Shown one piece after another: positions 37,575 to 50,001 of a stretch of 64,000 nucleotides of DNA. Where the stretch lies: NCBI GenBank assembly GCA_030704615.1, contig CM060734.1:47244001-47308000 (forward strand), read 5' to 3'. The position numbers and the translations under genes are program-made. The notes under the pieces were generated by a model. The model did no database searches and had not been told where the DNA came from. It saw only the letters and a list, made by a program, of their open reading frames with translations. Positions within the stretch are counted from its first letter, which is position 1; each line of letters opens with the position of its first letter. This DNA is from Takakia lepidozioides. Its lineage: Eukaryota; Plantae; Bryophyta.

Positions 37575-38032
37575 GCCCAATTTTGGCGCCGTTATTGGAT
37601 GGAGTGCGGAAGCTTCAGCCGAGAATTTTGTTTCCGCAGGTCAATTTCGGCGCCGTTATTGGTTGCAATCCCTAGCCTTCAGCCGGGTATTTGGTTTCTG
37701 GACCCAATTTCGGCGCCGTTATCGGCTGCACTCCGGTGGCTTCAACCGAGTATTTGGTTTTCGGGGTCCATTTCGGCGCCGTTATCGCCTGCACTCCGGG
37801 TATTTGGTTGGTGGAGCCCAATTACTTTCACCGTTGTTGGCTTCACTCCCGAGCCTTCAGCCGGCTATTTCTTTTCCTGTGCCCAATTACGGCGCCGTTA
37901 TACCCAACCATCATGCACTTTTGCAACAGTACTATCCACGGTTATAGGTCGCCATTGCGTTTTCGGAGTCTGCAAACCCGGATCCTAATTCCGCTTGCGT
38001 CTCTGCCTCTGGGATAATTTCGGTGCCGTTAT
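37575..38032. repeat. Right subterminal array of AATTTCGGCGCCGTTAT motifs
   Basis: Cores at 37585, 37649, 37712, 37775, ~37827 (degenerate), 37891 and 38022. Confidence 0.88.
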
Positions 38033-41000
38033 TGCCCAGAATTCAGTTTTTCTATGACCTGGCCTAGCGGTCCATGAGCCTGGGCTCCAAGTCATGAGCG
38101 TACACTGGTACTCATGAGCGGAGTGCTTCCAGCATGAGCGCGGAAATCTTCGATTTTTGATTATTTTATAGTTTTGGGCCTGAAAAAAATCTGCCGAAAT
38201 TCGAAGTGTGTTACTTTGCGGCTCATGGGTGAGCCATGCCCGCTCATGAGCTCATGGAATAGCAACCCCCAACAATGGGGGCCTCCCATTCACAGTCTGG
38301 GTCCCAGAAAGCTTGATAATCCCGTAGCTTTGCACCATCCCAAAACTCTTGAATGCTCTCTGGCGTTTCATCACCAAGTTTACCTTTCCATTTATCCTTG
38401 GTCCTCCATAACGCCAAAAAGTGGTGGCAAAGCGTCCGACTTTTACAAAAAGATTCCAACAAGACACCAAATGGCAGATATTCAAACGCCAAGACGTCCT
38501 TCCTCATTTTCCCACATTTTGCACAAGTCTGACACCACCCACCACAATCCCTCCAGTTCTTTGCTATCGTCTTGGGTTGGCACATGCACTCTAACTTCAA
38601 GTCAAGATTATCTTCTATATGGGGTTCCATCAAATATGGAGCATGGGCTGCTTTTTTGGTCCCTGTACACAATCGCCACTTCTGAGCTTCTACCATGCCA
38701 AGACCCTTGTAAGTGGCCATAACCTGTTTCCATGAGGTGGGGTCCAATCTGACCCTGCAATCGTTAACAAGCGCCCCAAGTGCAAAGCTCGATAGTCCAA
38801 AACTCCTGCACTTAGCAATTGAGGTTGTTCGCCCAAGGATCCAAACAAAGTCTTCATGACCTCACCCTGAGCATGGACCGGCATGTGGCAATCATCCATA
38901 AGCTTTTGTAGCCCCATGATTCGTGCCATGAGAGCAATGTTCAAGTCTTGTGGTTGGAAAATGGGTTCCTCCCTGCCAATAATTGAAGAGCTTGTTGACA
39001 TCATACCTACTTCGACATGTGTTGCCTCTTCATCCACTGTGTGAGGGCTCAAAGAGCTTGCAGTCGCATTACTTCCTATCTCCACATCCACCATTGGATC
39101 AGAACTAGGTCTTACAGGAGGAGGGATGGACATCAATTGATTCCGCAGTATATCGTAACCACGGTGTGTGTTCACGGTTTGTTGGGACTACATAGGCATG
39201 CCATTGCATAAATGACAAAAGCATGGTATCCGCCGAGTCTCTTGAACAACGTCCGCAACTCTTCTGGATGAGGAAGGCTCATGTGGTGCAGGAAATGGCC
39301 TTAAGACGGGTCTTCTCACACTAGGATGGATTTTCCCTTCCACGGATTTCTTCTCATGGTTGTACCAAAGTCCTTCTCTGCAACCAGGAATAACCTGGAG
39401 AAATGTGCTGACACTTGTATGAACAAGTACACCGAAGCATTCATTGGTCTTCCATCACATCTGAAGCACTTCATATATAGCAGTTAGTTGAAGCACTTCA
39501 TAGTACAATTGGGCTGCACATCACTTTTTGGGATGAAGTCAGATTGGCAGCTAAACAGGAGACAAAGTTAGTCACAGGCTGACCACAGCCGTTGATGTGA
39601 TGTACTGGAAAACACCCTCACATATAACCCCAGAAGACTTCACTGGTCACATTCAAAGCTCTTTGGCATAAACTCAAGTCTGCTAAAATCTGGATCAAGA
39701 TCCAGCAACAAGACCAGAACTATGTGAGAGTGCAGAAGCAGAGGAGGGTTTACCATACCAATTAGTGCTACAAGCAGAGCTTGCGTGAATCACACGTATT
39801 GTCAGCTGCTCCTGACCAACCCAAGAATCGTTTGCAGATTCTGTGGAGGGGTTAAGATTGCATCACTCAGCAGCTTTCATGGAAACAGCGTTGGCCTCAT
39901 GGGTCTGGGTCACCAGAAATCCCTGGGGCGTGTAGGCATTATGGAGATACCGGAGTGCGTTGAGCTTGTGAGGATTGAAGCGACAAGCTTTCTCTAGCTT
40001 TGACACTGCATCTACATATGGCAGCTCCAGAAGGTCCTCACCCCATCTTGCCAAATTCTGTCCTCCCAGCCATGCCCTTAAAACGTAACCGGTTCAAAGA
40101 TCTCAGGCAACCCTCAGCAGCTTCATTTCAACAACTCTAACCATACTGAACTCGACTCTTACATGACCAAACGTGACAGTAAAGTAAGCAATTGAAGACA
40201 CAATCCAAACTAGCTTCAATCACATCCTCGACACACTCTATAATGTCATACTGGAGATAGCCTCACATTATTTTTCCAACCTGTTGTCCAACCATGGTGA
40301 AGAATCAGGGATGGATTTCTGCCAGGGCCATTCTATGACTCTTGAATACAGTAGGCAATTGGAAGGTGGCAGTGCTCTCATGTTTTTCCAGTTCTTGCAT
40401 GTAGGCCAAGCAACAGATTGATGTCCAAGGTTTCATTGGGGAACTAGGGGTTGAAAATCGTGGGTTTTGTTTGTTATATTTTCTTTCCGGGCCCTGTTTT
40501 TGTTCACCAAATCAGACAGGTTGAAGAATCAAACTTGAGAGGCTCTGTTGTCTTGGTGGGTTGGCATATGAAATGAGAAGTAACTTTGGCTGAGATCACA
40601 AAGTAATACCTGCATTCATCGTCCTGTCAAACAAAAGTGCTATCATAGCAAGCATCTTTTGGCCAACTTGAAGAAGAAAACGTCTCTCCAACTAGTGTCC
40701 ATTTATAGATTAATAATTGACATACATATATATGATACATTCACATTTTTTACAAGCGAACTTACCACCAATTGCCTTCAAGCACCATGGAAGCCTCAGA
40801 AAAAATTGATCTGAATTGTTGGGTAGAGAAGAGATGGAAAATTTCGTACCTTGGTGTAGCAAACTTGAGGCCCAATGCATGCAAAGGAATAGACAGAACC
40901 CCAAGTTGGGCCACAGTCTCAACCGGCTCCCCCACAGCCGTTTCAGCTTTCTCCACAGCTTTCTCCAAGGACAACCATGAATCAAGCACTCCTTGCCATT

Positions 41001-42320
41001 GAAGTTCTCAACATGAATGTAGACCAATATCTGTGGGGCACATTCATACAATTGATAGTAGCAGACATATTAGAGTGGATAAGAAGTTTCTGGTGAACAG
41101 ATCTGTTCACTTGCCCAAAGCTCCAGTCCAGGAATATGCACACCCTTCTTCAGCATGATTAGCTCTGGCTAAGCACGGTGTTTTAGGACTTAGTGCGAGA
41201 GAGAAGGTGTACGTTGGATGAAAGTACAGAGCGAATCAGGATGAAATTTCTAGATATGGATGAAATCTAATGACGGACGGACGGATGAAGTTGATTTACT
41301 GAGTGAGTTACTGGTGCGAGTTAGCAGAGTTTTAAGAGTTTTAAGAGTTAGCAGAGCACAGCACAGAGGCCTGGCATATCAGCTGTCGACTATCATATCA
41401 GCTGTCGGCATTGCTGAGAGAGGATCGGTTGGTCGTTGGCATACCTTTAGATAACAGGTAACGGTTTACTTGGAAGTACCATGAGCATCTCCAAGTCTAG
41501 TCTGTGAGTCTTTATTACCTCCAGGGAGGCTTCTTCATGCCTAGTCCCAGGGTGACTTCTGACATACTGCAGTTTAAGTCTCTTAGAGTTATGTAGTACA
41601 TGCATGTTTCATCTACTCAGATTATCTGGAAAAACAAGCACCAACTCATGATGCTTAATAACAAAGTTGGTGTGTCTAAAGTGCTCCTCTAATTAAGGTC
41701 GAATTGTATGCCTGGTATGTCTGGCTGTTTCAATGAACCATTTAGTACAAGTAAGAGCACCGGTCAATGCAGAGATTCATGAGACACCTCAGGGATACAT
41801 AAAACTCAGAATCTGGAGAAGGCTTTTGCCAACATAGACCTTAGTTGAGCGAAAGGATATATCACCTGGTATGCTTGGAGAGACTGGTCAGCAGCTTCTT
41901 TTCTCTCATTTGCTATCTTGAACTCTGCCAAATAGCGGTAATAATCACCCTTCTTGGAAAAACAAGGAAAATATTTTGAAGTGAAAGCAAAAGAACATAA
42001 GTGACTGTCAGACTACAGGTGCAAATCAATCAATAATGCTTTGATGTGCGAAGTCTCAGCTCTTTGGTCTTGGACTTATGATTTGTACCTATGTTTATTT
42101 GCATAGGCCCAACACAGGGTCCTCATGCCTGCACATGGTTTTTTTGTTTTTCTCAGGGAGAATCATAATAGACAGTGTTCATCAATTTTAGTTACTCAGT
42201 AATATCTGGCTTGGACTTGAAATAAGGTCTTATGAACATATGTTGATTTTTCAGTTGAGCTATTCGAATGGAAGTAGGATAGACATAGTGAACCTGTTTC
42301 TCTAGATTGGAATTAGGAAG

Positions 42321-42588
42321 CACTACTACGTTTGGGGGGGGTTAGCGATGCCCCAGCGACCTCCAACCGCCGCAATTAGCAATGGAAATACTCTACGGGG
42401 CCCGGGGTGCGCCGGGGGCATTTTGCGACGTCGGGAAGTCGCAGAGACGTCGTCGGGGAATCGCAAACCCCCTGGCCGCGGCGCCGGCGCGACTTGCGAT
42501 GTCCGGGCATCGCGGAAAAAAAAAAAAAAAAAACGTCACATTAGGGACGTCCGGGGGTCGTAAATGTGACCCCCAGATGTCATAGTAG
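42321..42588. mobile_element. CpG-rich CACTA-like mini-element
   Basis: Starts CACTACTACGTTTGGGGGGGGTTAGCGA, has GCGAC/GTCGC repeats and an A tract, ends CATAGTAG. Same start as the element at 45211. Confidence 0.55.
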
Positions 42589-43258
42589 GGGGGTACATTT
42601 GAATTTAGGTGGGAAAATTTGAATCTGAATTTAAATTTGAATTTAAAAAACTAGTTGACCATTGACTCGGCGTTGACCATGCTAGACCAGTAAGCTGACT
42701 CATAAACTAAGTTAACAGGGGCTTCAAACTAAGATAACAAGGGCTTCATGATGATTAGGGCATTACCAGGGGTAGCCTCAATGCTGGCTTCATGATCAAG
42801 AGATTGGCATTGTTTGTCAAGCCTGAAATGTTGCAGGCGCCGCAAGCACAAGGTTTGTATTTCGAAACTCCAAACAACAAAAACTTTTGGATAATTACAA
42901 ACTGTCAAGTTGTTGTAAGGACATCTGGGTGCCAGAAAACATCCGTAAGACTGAGTAATATCCTCCTAAGTGTCCATTTCCAAGGGTATGTCTATTTACC
43001 TTCAATGCACGAGGATTTGCACCTGTGATGGTCTTAGGCTTCTCCCCCATATGGTTGGTCACCTGAACATGTTGTTGGGTCGATTGCCGTTCAACTTCCT
43101 TCTGGAAATTCCCACCAGTGCTTGTTCCCAACAAACCTTGAGATCCTTCCCATATGCAAGCAAGCAAATCTGGTCAGATCTCAACCATATATACATGTTG
43201 GCCAGCGCCATTGGTACTTTACGATACTGGAAGCTAGACCAATAAGCTGACTCAGAAA

Positions 43259-44060
43259 CTAAGTTAACAGGGGCTTCAAGATGATTAGGGCATTACCAAG
43301 GGTAGCCTCAATGTTGGCTTCATGATCAAGAGACTGGCATTGTTTGTCAAGCCTGAAACGCTTGGCCAGGGCCCCTACTGATTCAGTTTTTTTGTTCTCC
43401 GAGTGTTTATACTCCTTGAATTTCTCATAGAGATCTTCAGTTTTCCAGCGCATGTGAATTGTTGTGCCCTCATGCTCAAACAACAAGGCAACGAGGGTCA
43501 TTTCGCGTTCCTTGATGAACTTTTTGATTTCTTTCTGATGGGTGTCATTATGTCGCATGTTCATTGTGAAAAGAGTCTTGACCAGGGGGTCTTCCCTGTT
43601 ACTAAATCAATCTCTGAAATGCCTCATGTTCATGTTGTAGATCCGCCACTGTCGAGGGTAAAATTTCCTTAAAAACGCTCGTCCACAGAGGACATTTGCA
43701 TCCTTAGGGGCATTTGGGGGTCATTTTTCAAATACCCTCTCGTAGGTGGGCGTAGGAACCTCTACTTCATAATTCACAGCCAACTGCTTACCTCCTCTGT
43801 GCCCAAGTGTAGGCTCCTGTAGATTCAAGAAGGGCTCTTCTCCATGATAGCTTGCATCAACCGCTTCCCCTTCTTGCGCTTCTTGCGCATGAGCTTCTTT
43901 GTGCCCGTTTCTCTTGGCTACACATGAGCCACAAAACCTGTCTCCCTTGAACTGGAAATGCCTACCGCAGTTGGTGCAGAATGCAGGGGATAGTTCTTCT
44001 TTAATCTGACTTTGACCATCATCATCGATGTCGTCGTCTTTCTCCTCCAGGCCACCCTCT
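43259..44060 (-). pseudogene. Degenerate gene with a zinc-ribbon motif, probably a TE accessory gene
   Basis: Acidic stretch then FCTNCGRHFQFKGDRFCGSCVAKR (~43980-43910); downstream ORF 43259-43564. Confidence 0.5.
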
Positions 44061-45210
44061 TTGCAAAATCACAAACGAAACAAGTCACAACACCCCACTT
44101 TATACCTATTAGACAATATTTCAGGCTCTAAATGTATGGCGAAGTGTTTGAGTTCATCCATATCCACCTATCCTTCATGTTCTTTAAATGGACTGGGCCA
44201 GTAGAGCCATGCAGGCAACTAGAAACATTTTGACTTTGCCTCCTAGGGACAGTGAACCAGTAAGCTTTTCAAGGGCCCGGGTCATGGCGGTTGATATAAT
44301 TTTCTTCGAAGTTTTACATCTGTATTTTCCATGTCACAGAAAACTTCTGCAAAAACAAGAGAACCTAATGATCCACTGCAGAGATATCACAGTTGTATAG
44401 CCCATGACTACGATCCTTAGTGGCTCAGATACATGTGTCCACTTCACATAGGTGCCGGAAATATAAATTACATAACGGTGCAGGCAATTCTTGCTTCACA
44501 ATGCATGAGGCAATGGTACAAGTTGCATCTCAACACACAACAAGAGTTTGAACCATTGGCACCTACCTTGACAGCATCACCATGTTCGAGACATTTACCA
44601 CAGTAGCGCTAGCTGCAACATTGGCCACTGGATCAGGAGCTTTGCTTGTTTGCTGCAACAACAAAGCAAAAGAATGTTACAGTTAAGTAATCACCTACAT
44701 AAACATACATAGCCAAGAAGGCCTCTTACAACAAAGGTTGTACAACTTTTGCCCCAACACCCGGTTAGTCAGTGCGCTTCCCCAAGAATAGAACCAATTG
44801 GACGTTTCTCAACCAATGTACACAAGGGAGCTACTGCAGATGACTTGCCTGGCTCAGCTGAGGGCTCCCTTTCAGAGTAGCTTTCTCCTCTGTTGAAACC
44901 TAGAATTCGATGATAGAAAGTTGAGAAAAGACAGAATTACAAAAACCCATACATTCTAGCAAATTCTAATTCTAGCAAACGACATAGTGAGGGAAAAGAG
45001 CAGAGTAATGTAAACCATTTACAGAATTAGAGTAAATGTCTTTGGGCAGTCTCTAGCTGCCGTTTTGCATCCGCCTTAAATTCCCATCTTTTTGTATATA
45101 TATATATCTTATTCAATCCTGCACCTCTCCCGTACCTGCACCATTGCCAACACATTTCACCTCCAATCTGATAATTTGTTCCTTCAAGTCCTACATTAAG
45201 TAACATGCTT

Positions 45211-45532
45211 CACTACTACGTTTAGGGGGGGTTAGCGACGCCAGGACCCCGGGCGCATTAGACGCGCCGACCCCTCTGCGACTGCAGCGTCGCACAGGCG
45301 CCCGGCTCGGGACTTGCGACGTCGGGGCGTCGTAACGCCGGCACTCGGACGACGTTGTGGCATCTTGCGATGCCATGTCGTCGCCGGAAACGGGCCTGAC
45401 CCCATTCCCCTGCCAACGCATTGGGGGGGTTGCGACGACCTGACATCGCAACAATTTGCTGCGACGCCAGGGAATCGCAATGAGACGTTGCAACGCCGCA
45501 GCCCAGCGACGGCGGGGAATCGCAATGCCCCG

Positions 45533-45575
<43 letters not shown>

Positions 45576-45669
45576 CGATTCCCCGCCGTCGCAAATGCGT
45601 CACTGGGGCTGCGGCGCTGCGATTCCCCGGCGTCCTGGGGGCGTCGCGGAAAATTGATTCTGGGAGTAG
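45211..45669. mobile_element. CpG-rich CACTA-like mini-element, second copy
   Basis: Starts CACTACTACGTTTAGGGGGGGTTAGCGACGCCAGGACCCCGGG. The right end carries the inverted GCGACGCC..CAGGAC.CCGGG block and ends GGAGTAG. Confidence 0.55.
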
Positions 45670-48600
45670 ATTGTAGAGCATAATGGGCTTGGCATCTTCA
45701 GACTATAGCCATTTCTTGAAGAACTCTGGGAACAAGTCTCGGTGCAAGTTTCAGTTGTGCGAGCTCCTATAGAGTACGCATAATCTGCAACACAATGATA
45801 GGATTGAGATAGTGGTAGTCACTAGGAGCTAACTCTTGATATGTATATATATACTTGGATTGTTTTTGTGATACATAGATATATTGTAGATTTGTTGGTT
45901 AGTGTGCAGTGTCTTAGAAATATTATAATGTGGAGGTCCCAGGTTCAAATATGCATTGCCGAATATATGTAGAACAATGCATGAACTGCCATTGGAAAAA
46001 CCGGAGTCAATCCAGTATCGTAAAGTATCAATGGCGCTGGCCAACATGTATATATATCTATGTATATATGGTTGAGATCTGACCAGATTTGCTTGCTTTC
46101 ATGTGGAAAGGATCTCAAGGTTTGTTGGGAACAAGCACTGGTGGGAATTTCCAGAAGGAAGTTGAACGGCAATCGACCCAACAACATGTTCAGGTGACCA
46201 ACCATATGGGGGAGAAGCCTAAGACCATCACAGGTGCAAATCCTCGTGCATTGAAGGTAAATAGACATACCCTTGGAAATGGACACTTAGGAGGATATTA
46301 CTCAGTCTTACGGATGTTTTCTAGCACCCAGATGTCCTTACAACAACCTGACAGTTTGTAATTATCCAAAAGTTTTTGTTGTTTGGAGTTTCGAAATACA
46401 AACCTTGTGCTTGCGGCGCCTGCAGCATTTCAGGCTTGACAAACAATGCCAATCTCTTGATCATGAAGCCAGCATTGAGGCTACCCCTGGTAATGCCCTA
46501 ATCATCATGAAGCCCCTGTTAACTTAGTTTCTGAGTCAGCTTACTGGTCTAGCTTCCAGTATCGTAAAGTACCAATGGCGCTGGCCAACATGTATATATA
46601 TCTATGTATATATGGTTGAGATCTGACCAGATTTGCTTGCTTTCATGTGGGAAGGATCTCAAGGTTTGTTGGGAACAAGCACTAGTGGGAAAAATAGACA
46701 TACCCTTGGAAATGGATACTTAGGAGGATATTATCTTACGGATGTTTTCTGGCACCCAGATGTCCTTACCACATCTGAAAGCCTCATTGGTATGGTGTTT
46801 GAAGCTGAAAACTGAACCCTAGTTTAGTTTGGTTTAGAGTAGTTTAGTTCTCAATGTGCTTTAGTTTATGTCAGATTAAAACAACAATACAGTCTCATTT
46901 GTCACACACGTATATATGGAAGTCTTTAGAGGAAGACTTAGCGTTGTGCAATTTTTTATTAAATTATGGATTTCGTTGGTTTGTCTCGCGCAAGGCCATC
47001 TGCCTCACCTGGAAATCCATATGCCTCACCTGGAAATCCATATGTTGGTCAGTGTCTTTGCCCAAGACCTTTTTGATCTATGATTCTATGGAACTACAGT
47101 ATACTCTCCTTGCTCACGGATAGCGGGAAATTTGTAGAGAAGCCTTACTATTTTGGACCTATGTGAACAAGTAACTGATGGTTTGTCTGTTGCAGGGCCA
47201 TCTGCTGCACCTGAAAATCCGTACATTGGTTAGTATTTTGGCTCACGACATTTCCAGCCTATGGCTCTAGTCTATTCTAGTGGGTTCAAGTAGTATGATG
47301 GTTTTTGGTATAATGAAGTCATTACTAAACCCGCTGGGAAGCAGTTGGCTCGTCCAAAGAAGGCGATGACAAGCTTGCCCAAGGCAGTTGATAAAGTTGT
47401 TCAAACGAAGAGGGTGTATGCCTCTAAGGTACAGGTACACAAATTCTAAATTCTTCATTCTAAAAAAACCATTGCAAAGCATGTCATGGGGTTACAATTT
47501 CTACACGAGGTGCTTCAAGGGGTATCAACATTCGCTCCACAACTACCTACCTTCTCAAAGGCAAAGGTGAAAGGGATGTCCATGAAGCTTCGAAAGCTGG
47601 AAGAGTTGGACATAGTCGTGGCGTGGGCGTTGGGGAACAGAGTAAGACTTATCAACGTCAATCTGGATGCGGACGGATAGCTCAAACTTGCTGCATCAAA
47701 TATTGAGGACATTTGAAGAGGTACCCCACTTTGTTTCCTTCATTTCCCCCGCATTGTTTATGCCACCCTGTTTAGTCCAGAAAAGTACAATTTTTTGCAC
47801 ATGCCTGCTATACCACATGGGAGTTGGTAGACCCATATACAATAGGACCTACTATCTATATTGATGCCGAATCTCCTCTAGCAGAAAGGGTTCAGAAACT
47901 ACCTTGCCAAAAGAACTGGCAACTGTCGTTGCAACAAGGCCCATCTCCGTGTAATCACCCCCTGGATACCTCATTCCCACACAAATACTTTGTAAGGCAC
48001 TTGTCACATAGGTTTAACTGGAACAAAGTACCCAGACAACTACCAGTACCAACATGAATTTTGGGTGTGGTTGTCAGAATTGCTCTCATGATCACTTAGA
48101 TAATCAATAACCTTGCAGTCTTGCATGTGATGCAACTTACAATGAAGTCTGAGGTCGGACCTCTAGGTGTAGCAGGAGTGCTTATGATGATGTCAAACTC
48201 AAAATCTTGGTAGCATCTTCAAACCTATAAGTAGGGTAAAGGTTGCTTTAGTTACCATAGATATCCCCAACAAGCATATCAATTTGGGTGGAATCTCCCT
48301 GTATTGCCAATCCGATTGCCTGCTCAAAACTGCAGCAGGACAAAGAGAACCATTTAGTAATGTCGTCTTGATTGCATAAAAAGTTATCCACAGATCCAGA
48401 CAAGACTGGCCCTAAAACCTTCTACTCTAGGCATGCAACCATAGAAGGCGTAACACAAACACTTTCCTACCCACATCAAAGTGAGGATGCACAGCATAAA
48501 TCCTTGCCAATAGGCTCTTTGGTACAACTCACCTGGTGCAGCCTGTGAGAGCTGATGCCAACCCAAGGAAAGTGTTGCAGCACACAAGTTCTCTTAGTAG

Positions 48601-49057
48601 CATTTAAAACTAGGCCTTCATAAAGTGAGCTGCTAGGTGGACGTCCACCTTTTTTTTGGCAAATGGTACAATACCACAAGAGAAGTTCCACTCAACAGCC
48701 TAGTAACTGCAGCAAGGCTATTGATTCTTAGTTTTATAACCCTCCATCCATCATAGAAATGAAAAGGGAACCTCTTCGCATGTAGCGCACATGAATTCAA
48801 GTAATCAGATTCAAAACCCTCTTGGTGGGCAAGCAATTCCAAATCACCCAATAGAGGTACCTGAGTAACCCAGTTGTGGCAAGCCAAGTTGCCCCTCCGC
48901 CTCCAAGTCATCTTTGTCATTGTCATCCCCAAATTCCCAATCCTCCTCCATGTCGTCTTTGTCGCTGCCATCCCCCCGCTTACCTTCAGGCACACACATG
49001 GCAAGCAAAATGTAAGCAACTGTATTGAACAAATTGACATGAAGGATTACCAGAAAT

Positions 49058-50001
49058 TTACAATGTCTTATCCTCTTGTGGAGTTTTCAGAAGCGCCTTT
49101 CTCCTTGTCCGCATCATCTCCTTGGCAGTGGCATACGCATAATCCAAGGACCACCTGTAAGAACACAAACTACCAAAACGCAAGGCACTCAACTCCAAAA
49201 GGCGTTCCTTCACAACACTCTTCAATTTTGCTTGAGCTCTTTTGTCCTCCCGGAGATTGGGTGCATCCTCCATGAGATGGAGCTCTGTCAACCAACCTTT
49301 CACAATTTTCCTGTTCATCATGTGTGCTCGATACTGCAAATGCCAATGCTTCCTCAATGCCTCTTTCCCGTAACACTTGCCTAGCTCCCGATCTCTAACT
49401 TTTGGTGGGTAGAAGATCTCAGCAAACGTAGGTGGTCCAACTGTTGGTAGCTTCTCCACATCTAATTCTGTTAAGATAATGTCAAGGTACAGTCAGGTCG
49501 GCAACATCAAGATTATAGTGTAGTAAAAATCCTAACATGAAGATTAGCCAAGACAACTGTTGAAATACTCTAAACAAGGGTTCAAATGTTCAATGTTGCA
49601 ACTAGTGCACTAAACTTACCAGTACAAACCTTCTGCAAGGTTGAAGGATCCAGAATTTGGGGATTCGATGTGCTGTCGCAACCGTGAAAGCTCGAAGTGC
49701 CTATACCACCAAACATTATATTGGCATTAATAAGATATAATGTACTATGGGCCGAGGACCACAAGGAAAAGATATGACAACAAAGAGAGGGAAGCCAGAA
49801 AGAATGCTATCTCATAACTAGGGGAGTCAATCCAAAAGAACAAGGCAAATGAGAACCCTTACTTGCAACAGCAGCACCACAATTGCTACAAAATTTTGCA
49901 GTCTTGGGGATGAAGACACTACCACAATCATGACAATAGTTTCTTCCCACTACCTCATCCTCATAGTTCTCTTTGTCCTCAAGCACTCTCTTGTTCCTCA
50001 T
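49058..50001 (-). pseudogene. Degenerate multi-exon gene with a zinc-ribbon motif, probably a TE accessory gene
   Basis: NYCHDCGSVFIPKTAKFCSNCGAAV in ORF 49807-50001; basic helical ORF 49058-49459 on the same strand. Confidence 0.45.

Larger units (their letters stand above)
30657..38270. mobile_element. TIR DNA transposon copy 1 (Mutator-like by TSD length), 7.6 kb, carrying an MTase gene, a SWIM gene and an orphan ORF; no DDE transposase recognised
   Basis: 10-bp TSD AACAATGGGG at 30647-30656 and 38271-38280. Imperfect 21-bp TIRs GAGGTTTACTATTTCATGAGC and (reverse complement) GGGGGTTGCTATTCCATGAGC. Subterminal CATGAGC repeats at both ends. Excision restores the host transposase frame. Confidence 0.93.
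27996..39230 (-). pseudogene. CACTA/EnSpm-type transposase pseudogene (copy B), split by the 30657-38270 insertion
   Basis: IPCFCHLCNG at ~39225, QEFWDGAKLRDYQAFWDP, GDPRNFALMAHWD, LYTGDHPAQCKVGGLKGGGYSGCR at ~29900, RHGCHDNFWCYPFE at ~29250. The DxMH block present in copy A is deleted. Confidence 0.88.
42681..46769. repeat. Large inverted duplication of a tandem ~550-bp unit (42681-43230 plus partial 43233-43358; inverted 46012-46553 plus partial 46556-46769)
   Basis: Near-identical reverse-complement sequence; mirrored ORFs 42895-43167(-) / 46089-46361(+) in the ORF track. Confidence 0.93.
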
